A DNA stretch of 64,000 nt from Myxococcota bacterium (GTDB taxonomy: Bacteria > Myxococcota_A > UBA9160 > UBA6930): assembly GCA_965223415.1 (NCBI GenBank), contig OZ245002.1:1504001-1568000 (forward strand), in the 5' to 3' direction. Numbering within the stretch: the first letter of the stretch is position 1; every line of letters begins with the position of its first letter. Below, piece after piece: positions 45,978 through 56,185 of the stretch. A model generated the notes under the pieces. The model was not told the DNA's origin. It ran no database searches and saw only the letters and a program-made list of their open reading frames with translations. The translations under genes were made by a program, and so were the position numbers.

Positions 45978-46514
45978 CTAGATCCAGGGGGGGTTGGCGA
46001 AGCTGCGGGCGGCGACCGCCTGGTGGGGGTGGAGGCCGGCCATGGCGGCGACACGATCGGCGAGGACGCGCTCGAAGGCGGGCATCAGACCGTCGGTGTA
46101 GGCGAGCTCCCAGGCGAGACCCATGATGCGCATGCGTTGGCTCGTGTCGAAGGCGTCGCGCACCTGGGCGGCGGGATCGTGGCCGCGCCGGTCGACGTCA
46201 CTCTCGGCGAGCCGCAGAATGGCCGTGGCCTGGCGCCGCGTCACGCCGAACAGATCCTGGATGCCCCGGCGGATCGTCCGCCGCTCCGCCTCGATGGAAT
46301 CCGCATCGGCGTAGGCGGTGGTCACGAGGAAGCGCGCCGTCGCGATCTGGAGCGGGCGCGACACCGGAAGCCCGTAGCGGTCCCGCGCCAACGGAGCACC
46401 GCCAGTCAGGCGAATGCGGGCCCGCCCGATCCAGCGGCGAGCCACCGCCTCGACCCGGCGTCCCCGCCGGAAGGCCGTGTTCGTCTCGATGTACTCGCGG
46501 TCGAGCAGATCCAT
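45978..46514 (-). CDS. TerB-like protein
   Basis: AYAD..EAERRTI and WELAYTDG..FERVL duplicated TerB pattern. Confidence 0.65.
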   Translation of the reverse strand: MDLLDREYIETNTAFRRGRRVEAVARRWIGRARIRLTGGAPLARDRYGLPVSRPLQIATARFLVTTAYADADSIEAERRTIRRGIQDLFGVTRRQATAILRLAESDVDRRGHDPAAQVRDAFDTSQRMRIMGLAWELAYTDGLMPAFERVLADRVAAMAGLHPHQAVAARSFANPPWI

Positions 46515-46616
46515 GTCCCTGCCTGCCCCGGTGGCCAGCTTCGGCCGAGCACATCCTAGTACGTCTCGGCGCGGCTTCGCGTTCCTCGGGTCCGATGCCG
46601 CAGCCGGGGCCGGGTC

Positions 46617-47093
46617 TCACCCCGAGGGGATCCGCTCCTCGGCCAGCTTCTCGGCATCCTGGAGGATCTCGGCCAGCTCGTTGAGATCACTGGCCAGGTC
46701 GACCAGGGCATCGCCGTCCCGCAGCGTCATGCGCGCGCCGTAGTCGCCGCTCTTCAGGGCCTGGACGTGGCGCCGGAACACCACTTCGGGCCCGATCATG
46801 CGATGGGTGTGGATGATGCACACCGCACTCACCAGGCCGAAGTAGATCGCGCCGGTCGCGGCGACGCCACCGAGCAGACTCGCGGCCTGGAGCTCGACCA
46901 GCCAGTCGCCGGCGTGCAGCCCGGCGTCCGCCAGGAGATCGCCGAAGGCGATGTAGGCGAAGCTGACGCAGAGGATGGCATAGGCCGAGGTCGCGCAGAA
47001 GAGGAAGAACGGGAGACGAAGCTGCCGCATCGGGTCGACGAGCAGGTTGCGCGCCCGCCGCTGCGATCTGGCGATACGAAGATGTCGCTCCAT
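46617..47093 (-). CDS. 2-TM protein with HAMP-like C-terminus
   Basis: Two hydrophobic helices; THRMIGP..LRDGD.LVDLA..LN. Confidence 0.7.
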   Translation of the reverse strand: MERHLRIARSQRRARNLLVDPMRQLRLPFFLFCATSAYAILCVSFAYIAFGDLLADAGLHAGDWLVELQAASLLGGVAATGAIYFGLVSAVCIIHTHRMIGPEVVFRRHVQALKSGDYGARMTLRDGDALVDLASDLNELAEILQDAEKLAEERIPSG

Positions 47094-47255
47094 TCGAGGC
47101 GCTCCGATTGGGCTCCGCTCCCAACCGCGGGGAGGGGGTCAATGGCTCTCTTCGGCGAACCCGGCGCGTCACCGGACTCGTTTTTCCGGGTACGCTCGGC
47201 GATGCGCAACATGGCACCGAAGTCGGCTTCCAAGCTGCGATAAGCTCGCCGGATC

Positions 47256-48770
47256 ATGCACACCTTCGCCGACCCCCTTGCCCGAGCGCAGCGCGTCGCC
47301 GCCGAACGCCTCGCCGTCGTGTGCGGCGACCGACGTCTCACCTACTCCGACCTGTGGCGTCGCTGCCGCATGCTCGCCGGCGCCCTGGACGCGGCCGGGA
47401 TCGGACGCGGCGATCGGGTCGCCATCTGGGCGGGCAACTGCCACGCCTACATCGAGACCTACACCACCGTTCCCGCCTGCGGGCGCGTCGCCGTCCCCCT
47501 GAATACCCGCCACGCCGAGCCCGAGCTCCGCTACGCCCTCGGGGATTCCGGCGCACGGCTCCTGCTGACGGACCGGGACGCGTCGGGGCTCGCGGACATC
47601 GTGGAGCGGGTGATCCGCATCCCGGACGAGTACGACGCGTGGATCGGTGCGGCGGCGGAAGCGGAGCTCGGCGCCGGCGTGGACGAGCAGGACCTGGCAG
47701 GTCTCTTCTACACCGGCGGCACCACCGGGGCCTCCAAGGGCGTGATGCTCACCCACCGCAACCTGATCGCGAACACCTTCCACTGGATGGCCGCGGTCCC
47801 GCAGCGGCCGGACGACACCTTCCTCGTGATGGCGCCGCTCTTCCACGCCGCCGGCTCCAACGGCGTGCTCGCGAGCCTGTGGACCGCCGGCTGCCAGGTC
47901 ATGCTCCCGGCCTTCGACCCAGCCGTGGCCCTCGATCTGATCGAGCGCGAGCGGGTGACCGAAACGCTGGGCGTGCCGACCATGCTGGCGGCCCTGGCCG
48001 AGGAGCAGCACGCCCGGCCGCGCGAGACGGGCACGTTGCGCTGCATCGGCCACGGCGGCTCTCCCATCGCCACCGAGGTGATCCGCCGCACCCACACGGC
48101 GTTCCCGACCGCCGAGCTGATCGAGGTCTACGGCGCCACCGAGCTCTCGCCCCTGGCGACCGGGCTCCGAGGCGAGGAGGGCCTGGTCGAACAGAAGCGG
48201 GCGCGCTCCTGCGGCCAGGCCATGCCGGGCGTCGACGTGCGCGTGCTGGACCCCGACGGCAAGGAGCGGCCGGCCGGCGAAGTGGGCGAGGTGGTCGTGC
48301 GCGGGCCCAACGTGATGCGCGGCTACTGGAACAAGCCGGAACAGACGGCCGCCGTCCTCCGTGACGGCGCCTACTGGACCGGCGACCTCGGCTTCATGGA
48401 CGACGAGGGCTACCTCTTCCTCGTCGACCGCTCCAAGGACATGATCGTCTCCGGCGGCGAGAACGTGTACTCGACCGAGGTGGAAGAGGTGCTCTACCAG
48501 CATCCCGCCGTCCTCGAGGCAGCAGTGTTCGGCGTGCCCGACGAGAAGTGGGGCGAGGCGGTCTGGGCGGTCGTCGTCCCGCGAGAGGGGCACGGCGACG
48601 TCGATCCCGCCGAGCTCATCGGCTTCTGTCGCGAGCAGATCGCCGGCTACAAGGTGCCGAAGGGCGTCGACCTGCGGACGGAGCCGCTGCCCAAGTCCGG
48701 CCCGGGCAAGGTGCTGAAGCGCGAGCTGCGCGCCCCCTTCTGGGAGGGGCGGGACCGCCAGGTGAGCTGA
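47256..48770 (+). CDS. Long-chain acyl-CoA synthetase (AMP-binding)
   Basis: YTGGTTGASKG, YGATE, TGDLG, GGENVY, GKVLK. Confidence 0.94.
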   Translation: MHTFADPLARAQRVAAERLAVVCGDRRLTYSDLWRRCRMLAGALDAAGIGRGDRVAIWAGNCHAYIETYTTVPACGRVAVPLNTRHAEPELRYALGDSGARLLLTDRDASGLADIVERVIRIPDEYDAWIGAAAEAELGAGVDEQDLAGLFYTGGTTGASKGVMLTHRNLIANTFHWMAAVPQRPDDTFLVMAPLFHAAGSNGVLASLWTAGCQVMLPAFDPAVALDLIERERVTETLGVPTMLAALAEEQHARPRETGTLRCIGHGGSPIATEVIRRTHTAFPTAELIEVYGATELSPLATGLRGEEGLVEQKRARSCGQAMPGVDVRVLDPDGKERPAGEVGEVVVRGPNVMRGYWNKPEQTAAVLRDGAYWTGDLGFMDDEGYLFLVDRSKDMIVSGGENVYSTEVEEVLYQHPAVLEAAVFGVPDEKWGEAVWAVVVPREGHGDVDPAELIGFCREQIAGYKVPKGVDLRTEPLPKSGPGKVLKRELRAPFWEGRDRQVS

Positions 48771-49690
48771 TGAGCGCGACCACGCCCGCCCTCTCGATCC
48801 AGCTGTGGAACTTCGCTGCCAGGGACCCGGGGCCCGCCGGCTGGGAGCCCCTCCTGGCCCAGGCCCGGGCCGCCGACGAGGCCGGCGTGGACCGGCTCGT
48901 CGTCTCGGACCATGTGGTGTTCGGCGAGAACCTGGAGGCCTACGGCCGGCCCGAGCTCGGCGGCGTCGAAGGAGGCCGGCAGCCCACCGGACCGGACGGC
49001 CATTGGCTCGAGCCGCTCACCCTGCTCTCGGTAATCGCCGGTGCCACCACCCACTGCCGGCTGATGACCGGCATCCTGATCGCCGCGCTCCGACGACCGG
49101 TCGTGCTGGCCAAGACCACCTCCACCCTCGACGTGCTCTCCGGCGGGCGCCTCGATCTCGGCGTAGGCGTCGGGTGGCAACGGGAGGAGTACGAGGCCGC
49201 GGGCCTCGCCTTCGAGGGGCGCGGCCAGCTGCTGGAGCGGAGCCTCGAGCGGTGCCAGGGCTTCTGGCGGGATCCCGTCGTCGAGGGCGCCCACATGATG
49301 CCCAAGCCGCTCCAGCCCGGCGGCGTGCCCGTCTGGGTGAGCGGCCGCATGGGTCGGCGCGTCCTCGATCGCATCGCCCGCTTCGGCAGCGGCTGGATTC
49401 CGTGGGGCGACGACGCCCTCGACCCGGCGGCCAGCGTGCCGCGCATCCGAGAGGCGCTCGAGGCTGCCGGTCGCGACGCGACGGGCTTCCAGGTCACAGG
49501 CTCGCTCCCTGCCGTGTTCGACGAGCGCAAGCAGCTCGATCTCGCGGGCACGATGGAACGGGTGCCGCCGCTGGTGGACGCGGGCCTCACGGACTTCCGC
49601 GCTCAGCTCCGGCTCGCCGCCGATCCGAGCGAAGCCAGGGATCAGCTGGCGGAGGTGGTCTCGGCCTTCCGGAAGGCGGTCGGTCGCTAG
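48770..49690 (+). CDS. LLM-class (probably F420-dependent) oxidoreductase
   Basis: VSDHVV, LDVLSGGRLDLGVGVGW, PKPLQPGG. Confidence 0.88.
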   Translation: MSATTPALSIQLWNFAARDPGPAGWEPLLAQARAADEAGVDRLVVSDHVVFGENLEAYGRPELGGVEGGRQPTGPDGHWLEPLTLLSVIAGATTHCRLMTGILIAALRRPVVLAKTTSTLDVLSGGRLDLGVGVGWQREEYEAAGLAFEGRGQLLERSLERCQGFWRDPVVEGAHMMPKPLQPGGVPVWVSGRMGRRVLDRIARFGSGWIPWGDDALDPAASVPRIREALEAAGRDATGFQVTGSLPAVFDERKQLDLAGTMERVPPLVDAGLTDFRAQLRLAADPSEARDQLAEVVSAFRKAVGR

Positions 49691-49789
49691 GCTCCACCTC
49701 CGAGGTATCGGCAGGGCTACGCTCGGGCGGCTGGCGATCGATCACGACGAGGAGCGGGCCGCGCGCCGGGCTTCCGCTACATCCTGGGG

Positions 49790-50746
49790 ATGCCGAAGCT
49801 CCGGGTCTTCGTCGCCACGCGCCTGCTGGAAGAGGTCCAGGAACGACTCGGCGAGGCCTTCGACGCGACCTTCGTGGAGGCCCGCGAGCCCGGCACGGCG
49901 CTCGCCGCGACCGGGCGGCCCTTCGAAGCGGTGCTGGTCTCCCTCGACGCGCCGCTTCCCGAGACACAGATCCAGGCCCTGCCCGAGAGCGTGGGGGCCA
50001 TCGCCACCTACTCCGTCGGAACGGATCACATCGCGCTCGCCGCGGGCGAGCGGCGCGGCATCGCCGTCTTCAACACCCCCGGCGTGCTGGCAGACTCCGT
50101 CGCCGAGAACGCGATGTTCCTGATGCTGGGCGCCGCCCGACGCGCCACCGAGAGCATCGAGCTCGTGCGCAGCGGCGCCTGGGAAGGATGGAGCGCCACC
50201 CAGCTCGTCGGAACCGAGCTCGCCGGAAAGCGCCTCGGCGTCCTCGGCCTGGGCGACATCGGCGGGCGGATCGCCCTGCGCGCTCGTGCCTTCGGAATGG
50301 AGATCCTCTACTGCAACCGGAAGCCCCTCCCGACCGACCATCCGGCCCGCGGACGCTTCCTGCCGACACCGGCCGCCCTGATCGCCGCCTCCGACGTGCT
50401 CGTGCTCGCGTGCCCTTCGACGCCGGAAACCCGCGGCATCATCGACGCCGAGCTGCTGGCCCGGGCGCCGCGCGAGCTGATCCTGGTGAACATCGCGCGC
50501 GGGGACCTGGTCGACGACGAGGCGCTCGTGGCGGCCCTGCACGAGCGCCGCATCCGGGCAGCGGCGCTCGACGTCTTCGCGGGGGAGCCGGCGTTCCACC
50601 CCGCCTATCTGGAGCTGCCCAACGCGTTCCTCCTGCCCCACATCGGCAGCTCCACGATCGAGGCACGTCGACGCATGGGCGAGATCCTGATCGACGCCCT
50701 CACGAGCTGGGCCGCCGGCGGCGCACCCCTGAACCGTGTCTGCTGA
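49790..50746 (+). CDS. D-isomer 2-hydroxyacid (glyoxylate/glycerate) dehydrogenase
   Basis: GLGDIG, VNIARG, LDVF..EP, LPHIGS. Confidence 0.92.
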   Translation: MPKLRVFVATRLLEEVQERLGEAFDATFVEAREPGTALAATGRPFEAVLVSLDAPLPETQIQALPESVGAIATYSVGTDHIALAAGERRGIAVFNTPGVLADSVAENAMFLMLGAARRATESIELVRSGAWEGWSATQLVGTELAGKRLGVLGLGDIGGRIALRARAFGMEILYCNRKPLPTDHPARGRFLPTPAALIAASDVLVLACPSTPETRGIIDAELLARAPRELILVNIARGDLVDDEALVAALHERRIRAAALDVFAGEPAFHPAYLELPNAFLLPHIGSSTIEARRRMGEILIDALTSWAAGGAPLNRVC

Positions 50747-50759
50747 TACGCTCGCCGTC

Positions 50760-51269
50760 ATGAACGCTCTCGACACCCTGATCGCGAAGCAGGAGATCCG
50801 CGACGTCCTGTCGCGCTACTGCCGTGGCCTCGATCGCATGGACAAGGAGATGGCCGAGGCGGTCTGGCACGAGGACGGCACGGCGAACTACCTCGAAATG
50901 TACGAGGGCACCGGTCGGGGATTCGTCGACTGGGTCTGGGAAGCCCACGCGGCCATGCAGTGCCATTCCCACCAGATCACCAACGTGCTGATCGAAGTCG
51001 ACGGAGACCGGGCGACGAGTGAAGCCTACGTGACGGTCGTGCTCTGGACGAAGCCTGGCAGGGACGGACGCCAGCGGGAGATCCTGGTGCGGGGCCGCTA
51101 CCTCGATCGCTGGGAGCGGCGCCAGGGGAGCTGGGCGATCGGCCATCGCACGCACGTCGTCGACACCCAGACCGTGTCGAAGCTCGAGCCGGCGCCCGTG
51201 AGCGCAGCGTCGGCTCGCGACGAGAGCGACCCCTCCTTCGCGTTCATCCCGAAGGCGGGCCGGGAGTGA
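50760..51269 (+). CDS. NTF2/SnoaL-like protein
   Basis: YCRGLDR, SHQITN, GRYLDRW. Confidence 0.87.
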   Translation: MNALDTLIAKQEIRDVLSRYCRGLDRMDKEMAEAVWHEDGTANYLEMYEGTGRGFVDWVWEAHAAMQCHSHQITNVLIEVDGDRATSEAYVTVVLWTKPGRDGRQREILVRGRYLDRWERRQGSWAIGHRTHVVDTQTVSKLEPAPVSAASARDESDPSFAFIPKAGRE

Positions 51270-52132
51270 GCCGCACCGCCCGAGCGTGGGCGTCCATGGG
51301 GTCGATCCTCGCCGCCGGGACCGCGATCGCGTGGGCCGGCAGCCAGGGCAGCGTGCTCGCGTGGGGCGTGCCGCTCTTCGCCCTGTGCGGCGCCCTCTCG
51401 TTCGCCGTCAACTGGGCGGCCTTCGTTCCCGCCTACGTCCTCCAGACCGAGCACTACTTCGACCTGATGGGCAGCGTCACCCACTGCACCCTGATGCTGT
51501 CCGGCCTGGCCCTGGGCGGCGCAGCGGATGCCCGCAGCGCGCTGCTGGCCGCCCTCGTCGTCGCCTGGGCGCTCCGTCTCGGCTCGTTCCTCTTCACGCG
51601 CATCCGGCAGGACGGAAGCGACGGACGCTTCGACGCCATGAAGCCCCACTTCCCGACCTTCCTCATGGTGTGGACGCTGCAGGGGCTTTGGGTCTTCGTC
51701 ACGGTCTCCTGCGCCCTCGCCGCCGTCACCTCGGCGCGGAAGGCCCCCCTTGGCTGGCCGGCTCTGGTCGGAACCGCCCTCTACACCGCGGGCCTCGCCA
51801 TCGAGGTGACCGCAGACCGCCAGAAGCGCGCCTTCCGCGCCGCCCCGGCCAACCGCGGCCGCTTCATCACGTCGGGTCTCTGGAGCCGCTCCCGCCATCC
51901 GAACTACTTCGGCGAGATCCTGCTTTGGTGCGGCATCGCCCTGGTCGCCGCGCCGGCGCTCTCGGGCTGGCAGTTCGTGACCTTGGTGTCGCCAGTGTTC
52001 GTGTACTTCCTGCTCATGCGAGTGAGCGGAGTTCCGCTCCTGGAGGCGCGGGCGAAGCGGAAGTGGGGCGAGGAGCCGGAGTACCGGGCGTACAAGCGGC
52101 AGACGCCGGTGCTCGTGCCGCGACTCTGGTGA
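51266..52132 (+). CDS. DUF1295 / steroid 5-alpha-reductase-like membrane protein
   Basis: WALRLG, DGRF, ADRQK, GLWSRSRHPNYFGE. Confidence 0.9.
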   Translation: MSRTARAWASMGSILAAGTAIAWAGSQGSVLAWGVPLFALCGALSFAVNWAAFVPAYVLQTEHYFDLMGSVTHCTLMLSGLALGGAADARSALLAALVVAWALRLGSFLFTRIRQDGSDGRFDAMKPHFPTFLMVWTLQGLWVFVTVSCALAAVTSARKAPLGWPALVGTALYTAGLAIEVTADRQKRAFRAAPANRGRFITSGLWSRSRHPNYFGEILLWCGIALVAAPALSGWQFVTLVSPVFVYFLLMRVSGVPLLEARAKRKWGEEPEYRAYKRQTPVLVPRLW

Positions 52133-52195
52133 GAGGGTACTCGAGGCTTGGGTTCGGTTGGGATGGGGCGCGGTTGGAGTGCTTCGCGGCTTCCT

Positions 52196-53344
52196 TCACT
52201 CCTCCGCGTCGTCCGCCTCCCACTGGAACCGCTCGAACAGATCGGCGAGCTCCGTGCGGATCGCGTCCGCTTCGAGGCCGAACTCCTCGAGGCTGTAGCT
52301 GTGCTGGGTCTTGTGCTTCCGCTCCTGCTTGCCCTCGCTGGCGAGCTGCTCGCGGAAGGCGTCGGTCATCGGGAGACCGAGGTCCTGGTAGACGCGCTCG
52401 ATGGTGGCGGCAGGGTCGGAGGTGAGGTCCCGGTAGTCGACGACGGCGCCCCGGGTTCCGGGGGTGGCGTCCAGGCTCTCGAGGGGATGCCGGTAGGTGT
52501 GCCAGGACTGCTCGGCGAGCACGCGCAGGCAGCCGCGCTGACGGTCCTCGTCCCAGCCGAGCTGCTTCCAGGCGGCGCGCATCAGCTTGAGCAGGCTGGG
52601 GATCGTCTCCCGGGGGTCGCGCACGTTCACCACGATCCGTGCGTCCGGGAAGGCCTCGATCAGGCATGCCACGCGCCCGGACCAGAGGGGGTTCTTCGCC
52701 AGGTGGGTCTTCTCGGGACCGTTCAGGTAGAGCTGGCGGCGGACCACGTCGCGATAGAACTCGTTCACCCGGCGTCGCTTCCGCTCCGACCAGCGCGCCA
52801 TGTGGTAGAAGTCGAGATCCTCCATCCAGGGCATCTTCGTGATCCAGAAGCCCGAGGCCATGGAGTAGAAGAGCGAGATGTCGTCCTCTTCGGGGATCGT
52901 GAGGCCCATCTCGTGCATGTGCCGCATGGCCCCGTAGCGGCGCTCCTCCCACGCGGCGACCCGCCGGGCGAGCCATCCGCCGAGCACGCGGCGGTCGAAG
53001 GCCGCGCCGGCGCGGATCAGCTGCTTCTGGAGGAGGGAAGGGAAGTAGCACTCGTAGAGCAGGAAGGAGCTGAAGCGGCCGCTGTCCTGGCCCATCAACC
53101 GGTGGGCGAGGGTCGTGCCACTGCGGGCGTGCCCCACCATGAAGATCGGGGCCTTCATCTCGACCCTGCGGAGCCCCGGGAAGAGCAGGCCGTCCAGGAA
53201 GAAGCAGATCGCGTGGAAGCTTGCGACCACGGGGACCCAGAGGCACAGCACCGCCAGGTAGTAGAAGCGCGCCCGGGGCTCCTTCTCGCCCCAGGCGAGC
53301 CGGATCATCTTGAAGTAGTTGGCGAAATCGAAGTGGAAGAGCAC
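52196..53344 (-). CDS. Sulfotransferase family protein
   Basis: GHARSGTT PAPS loop; KNP; FPDAR; RDP..TIPS. Confidence 0.88.
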   Translation of the reverse strand: MLFHFDFANYFKMIRLAWGEKEPRARFYYLAVLCLWVPVVASFHAICFFLDGLLFPGLRRVEMKAPIFMVGHARSGTTLAHRLMGQDSGRFSSFLLYECYFPSLLQKQLIRAGAAFDRRVLGGWLARRVAAWEERRYGAMRHMHEMGLTIPEEDDISLFYSMASGFWITKMPWMEDLDFYHMARWSERKRRRVNEFYRDVVRRQLYLNGPEKTHLAKNPLWSGRVACLIEAFPDARIVVNVRDPRETIPSLLKLMRAAWKQLGWDEDRQRGCLRVLAEQSWHTYRHPLESLDATPGTRGAVVDYRDLTSDPAATIERVYQDLGLPMTDAFREQLASEGKQERKHKTQHSYSLEEFGLEADAIRTELADLFERFQWEADDAEE

Positions 53345-53348
53345 GGGC

Positions 53349-54200
53349 TCAGGCCGTGGCCTCGACGTCCGCCTCCAGGAAGGCGTCGCCGAGGATCTCG
53401 GTCCCGTCGAGGCTGTGCACCCTGCCGCCGACCTCGTGGACGAGATCGCGGCTGAACACGACCCTTCCCACGTGGCGACCCGTGCAGAGCTCCAGCGCCG
53501 CCTGGGCCATCATCTCGACGGGCTCGACCATGTCCGGATTCTTGCGCGCGATGTCCCGCACGTAGTCGGCTCCCTGGGTGAGGACGATGGCGACGGGCGC
53601 CATGGCGTTCACGAACACGTCGCTCTCGGCGAGCTCGTGGGCGAGGGCCTGGGTGTAGCGATCGAGGGCCGCCTTGGTGGCGCCGTAGGGCCCGATGACG
53701 AGCGCCGCGGTCTTGGAATCCCGGTAGGGGACGGCCGGCTGGAACGAAGTGGCGCTGCTGATGTTCAGGATCCAGCCGGCGCCCTTCGCCTTCATCGCGG
53801 GAATCGCCTGCTGGGCGAGATCGACGGGCGCGTTCACGTTGACCTCGAACATCGTGCGCCGATCCTCGAGGCTCGACTGGCTGGGGAGCTTCATCGTCGC
53901 GACGGCTGCGTTGTTCACCAGGATGTCGATCGGGCCGAAGGCCTCGCTCGCCCGCTCGACCAGGTCGGCGCGCGCCTCCCCGTCGGAGAGATCCGCCGCG
54001 ACGGCCGCAGCCTTGCCTCCCGCGGCCTGGATCTCCGAGACCGCCTCTTCGAGCGTGCCCTGGAGCCGGCCGTGGGCGCCGAGACGCGAGGCGTTTAGCA
54101 CCACCGAGGCGCCTTCCGCAGCGAAGCGGCGCGCGATGGCGCGGCCGATGCCGCGGCTGGCGCCGGTAACGAAGGCCACTTTGCCGTCGCAGCGTCCCAT
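53349..54200 (-). CDS. SDR family oxidoreductase
   Basis: TGASRGIG, NNAA, YGATK. Confidence 0.92.
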   Translation of the reverse strand: MGRCDGKVAFVTGASRGIGRAIARRFAAEGASVVLNASRLGAHGRLQGTLEEAVSEIQAAGGKAAAVAADLSDGEARADLVERASEAFGPIDILVNNAAVATMKLPSQSSLEDRRTMFEVNVNAPVDLAQQAIPAMKAKGAGWILNISSATSFQPAVPYRDSKTAALVIGPYGATKAALDRYTQALAHELAESDVFVNAMAPVAIVLTQGADYVRDIARKNPDMVEPVEMMAQAALELCTGRHVGRVVFSRDLVHEVGGRVHSLDGTEILGDAFLEADVEATA

Positions 54201-54265
54201 GAGCCGATCCTCCCTTTGCGTGGACCGGCCATCCTACCACCGTTCGTCGTGGCAACCGCGCGGCT

Positions 54266-54688
54266 CTAGGCCGCGGGCTCCGCGTCGCCCCGGGCGCGGC
54301 CCAGGCGCAACACCCACAGGCCCGCGGCGGCGCCGGCGATCTCGAGGCCGAGCAGGACCCGGGCGAAGCCCACCGGCGGCCCGTCCACGGCGATGCTCAC
54401 GAACCGTCCCGCCACCAGGCCGCCGACCAGGAGCAGCCAGAGCTGGAGGAGCGGTCTCCAGAGGCCGGGCCGCAGCGCGCCGGCCAGGAAGAGGCCCGCG
54501 ATCGCGAGCTGCATGCCGCCGTACATGGCCCGCGCCTCGTTCAGGGCGTCGACCGCCGGGAGCACGATACCGACACGCCCGAGGAGGGCCTCGGGATCGA
54601 CGACGCCCGGCAGCCCGACGGCGAGGAAGACCAGCCCCGCGAGGGCCAGAAAGGCCTGCACGATCCGATCACGCGTGTGCTCGGCCAT
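54266..54688 (-). CDS. DUF4345-like membrane protein
   Basis: 4 TM helices; NEARAMYGG, GRFVSIAVDG. Confidence 0.8.
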   Translation of the reverse strand: MAEHTRDRIVQAFLALAGLVFLAVGLPGVVDPEALLGRVGIVLPAVDALNEARAMYGGMQLAIAGLFLAGALRPGLWRPLLQLWLLLVGGLVAGRFVSIAVDGPPVGFARVLLGLEIAGAAAGLWVLRLGRARGDAEPAA

Positions 54689-54761
54689 GACCGGGAGCCT
54701 ACACGCCCCTCCCGCGAAGGGCCTGCGCGAGCCGAAGCGGGTCGTGTACGGTTGCGGTGTG

Positions 54762-55163
54762 ATGCGAGCCGCCGCCCGACTCCTGCTCCCGCTCCTCGCC
54801 GCTGCGCTGGCCGGCTGCGCCGGAACCGCCTCCCTCTTCGACTTCGACGCGCCCGCCTTCGAGACCGTCGTCTCGCGCTACTCGGCCATGGAGGACCGGA
54901 AGGCCCTGGCGCTGGCCACCGAGGCGAACGGGCGCTTCGCCTGGGGCATCGCCACCGGCGAGGCGAGCGAGGCAGACGCGCGTGCCGGCGCCGCCGATCG
55001 CTGTCGCCGCGCCGCCCGCTCCGGCGGAATGCGCGCCGACTGCCACGCGTTCGCGGTGGACGACGCGCCGGCCCGGGACACCGTGGAGGGCTGCGCAGCC
55101 CGGCAGCTCCCGTCCCGCCGCTGCTTCATGCAGCGCCAGTTCCAGGGGAAGCTCGGCCGGTAG
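54762..55163 (+). CDS. Cys-containing hypothetical lipoprotein
   Basis: Lipobox ALAGC; KALALA..WG..A...C...C. Confidence 0.7.
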   Translation: MRAAARLLLPLLAAALAGCAGTASLFDFDAPAFETVVSRYSAMEDRKALALATEANGRFAWGIATGEASEADARAGAADRCRRAARSGGMRADCHAFAVDDAPARDTVEGCAARQLPSRRCFMQRQFQGKLGR

Positions 55164-55173
55164 GCCGGCGCGC

Positions 55174-56046
55174 TCAGATCGCGACGGTCCCCTCGACGAC
55201 GGTGACGCAGCGCCCGCCGACCTCGATGCGGTCGCCGAGGGTCACCTGGATCCGGCCGTCGCGGCCGAGGAAGCGGCCCTGGCGGGCTTCGTACCGACTG
55301 CCCGTCAGCGCATCGACGCCGGTCGTGCGCAGGTGCTGACCGGCGGCCGCGTTCCCACTCCCGCACACCGGGTCCTCGTCGATGCCGTCGGCGGGGGCGA
55401 AGGATCGCACCTCGACCCCGCCGTCGGCGGCGACGGCGTAGACGTTGAGGCCGTCCCAGCCTCCCTCCTCCGTCGCCGTGGCGATCGCCACGAAGTCCGG
55501 GCGCAGCCGATCCAGGTCACCGGCCCGCTCCAGGCGCACGGTGAGCCAGCGCGGCCCGACGTCGATGAGCAGGGGATCCTGCACCGGAACCCCGCCGAGC
55601 AACGCTTCGAAGCGCTCCGGCGGCGACGTGGAGGCTCCGACCTTCGCGGGTGGTGCGCTGAAGACCAGGGCCCCGTCGGCCTCGAGCCGGATCGGGATCG
55701 GCCCTGCGGCACACTCCTGCACGATGCGTTCCTTCCGCGGGAATCGTCCGGCCTCGAGGAGGGCGTGGCAGGTACCGAGGGTCGGGTGGCCCGCGAAGGG
55801 AAGCTCCTGGCGGGGCGTAAAGATGCGGACGAGGTAGTCGGCGCCCGCCGCCGTCGCCGGAAGGACGAAGGTGGTCTCGGAGAGATTCGTCCAGCGGGCG
55901 AATCGGACCATCTCCTCGTCCGAGAGGCCCTCTCCGTCGAGGACGACGGCGACCGGGTTCCCCAGGCCCGGCTGGTCGCTGAACACGTCCACCTGCTGGA
56001 AGCTCCGCATGCAGGGAGGGTGCGCCGGCTCCCGCGGATCGGCCAT
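55174..56046 (-). CDS. PhzF family isomerase
   Basis: QVDVF..GNP, NLSETTF, ELPFAGHPTLG, EDPVCGS. Confidence 0.92.
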   Translation of the reverse strand: MADPREPAHPPCMRSFQQVDVFSDQPGLGNPVAVVLDGEGLSDEEMVRFARWTNLSETTFVLPATAAGADYLVRIFTPRQELPFAGHPTLGTCHALLEAGRFPRKERIVQECAAGPIPIRLEADGALVFSAPPAKVGASTSPPERFEALLGGVPVQDPLLIDVGPRWLTVRLERAGDLDRLRPDFVAIATATEEGGWDGLNVYAVAADGGVEVRSFAPADGIDEDPVCGSGNAAAGQHLRTTGVDALTGSRYEARQGRFLGRDGRIQVTLGDRIEVGGRCVTVVEGTVAI

Positions 56047-56185
56047 CCGTCAAGCGCTCCGGTCCTGCCCACCACCGAACCGGACACGGACCGGACAATC
56101 CCGGGCGCAGCGTCCGGGCTGAGGGCATTCCGGAGGTTTCGGCCGTCCCTGCCCGGAGCCGCAAGGGACGTGCCCGGGCGGCCGT

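Noticed and set aside
45978..46514. Tellurite-resistance or defence island
   Set aside because: Only a lone TerB-like gene, with no other ter genes or mobility markers.
55174..56046. Phenazine biosynthesis cluster
   Set aside because: A stand-alone PhzF-family gene with no phzA-E or phzG nearby.
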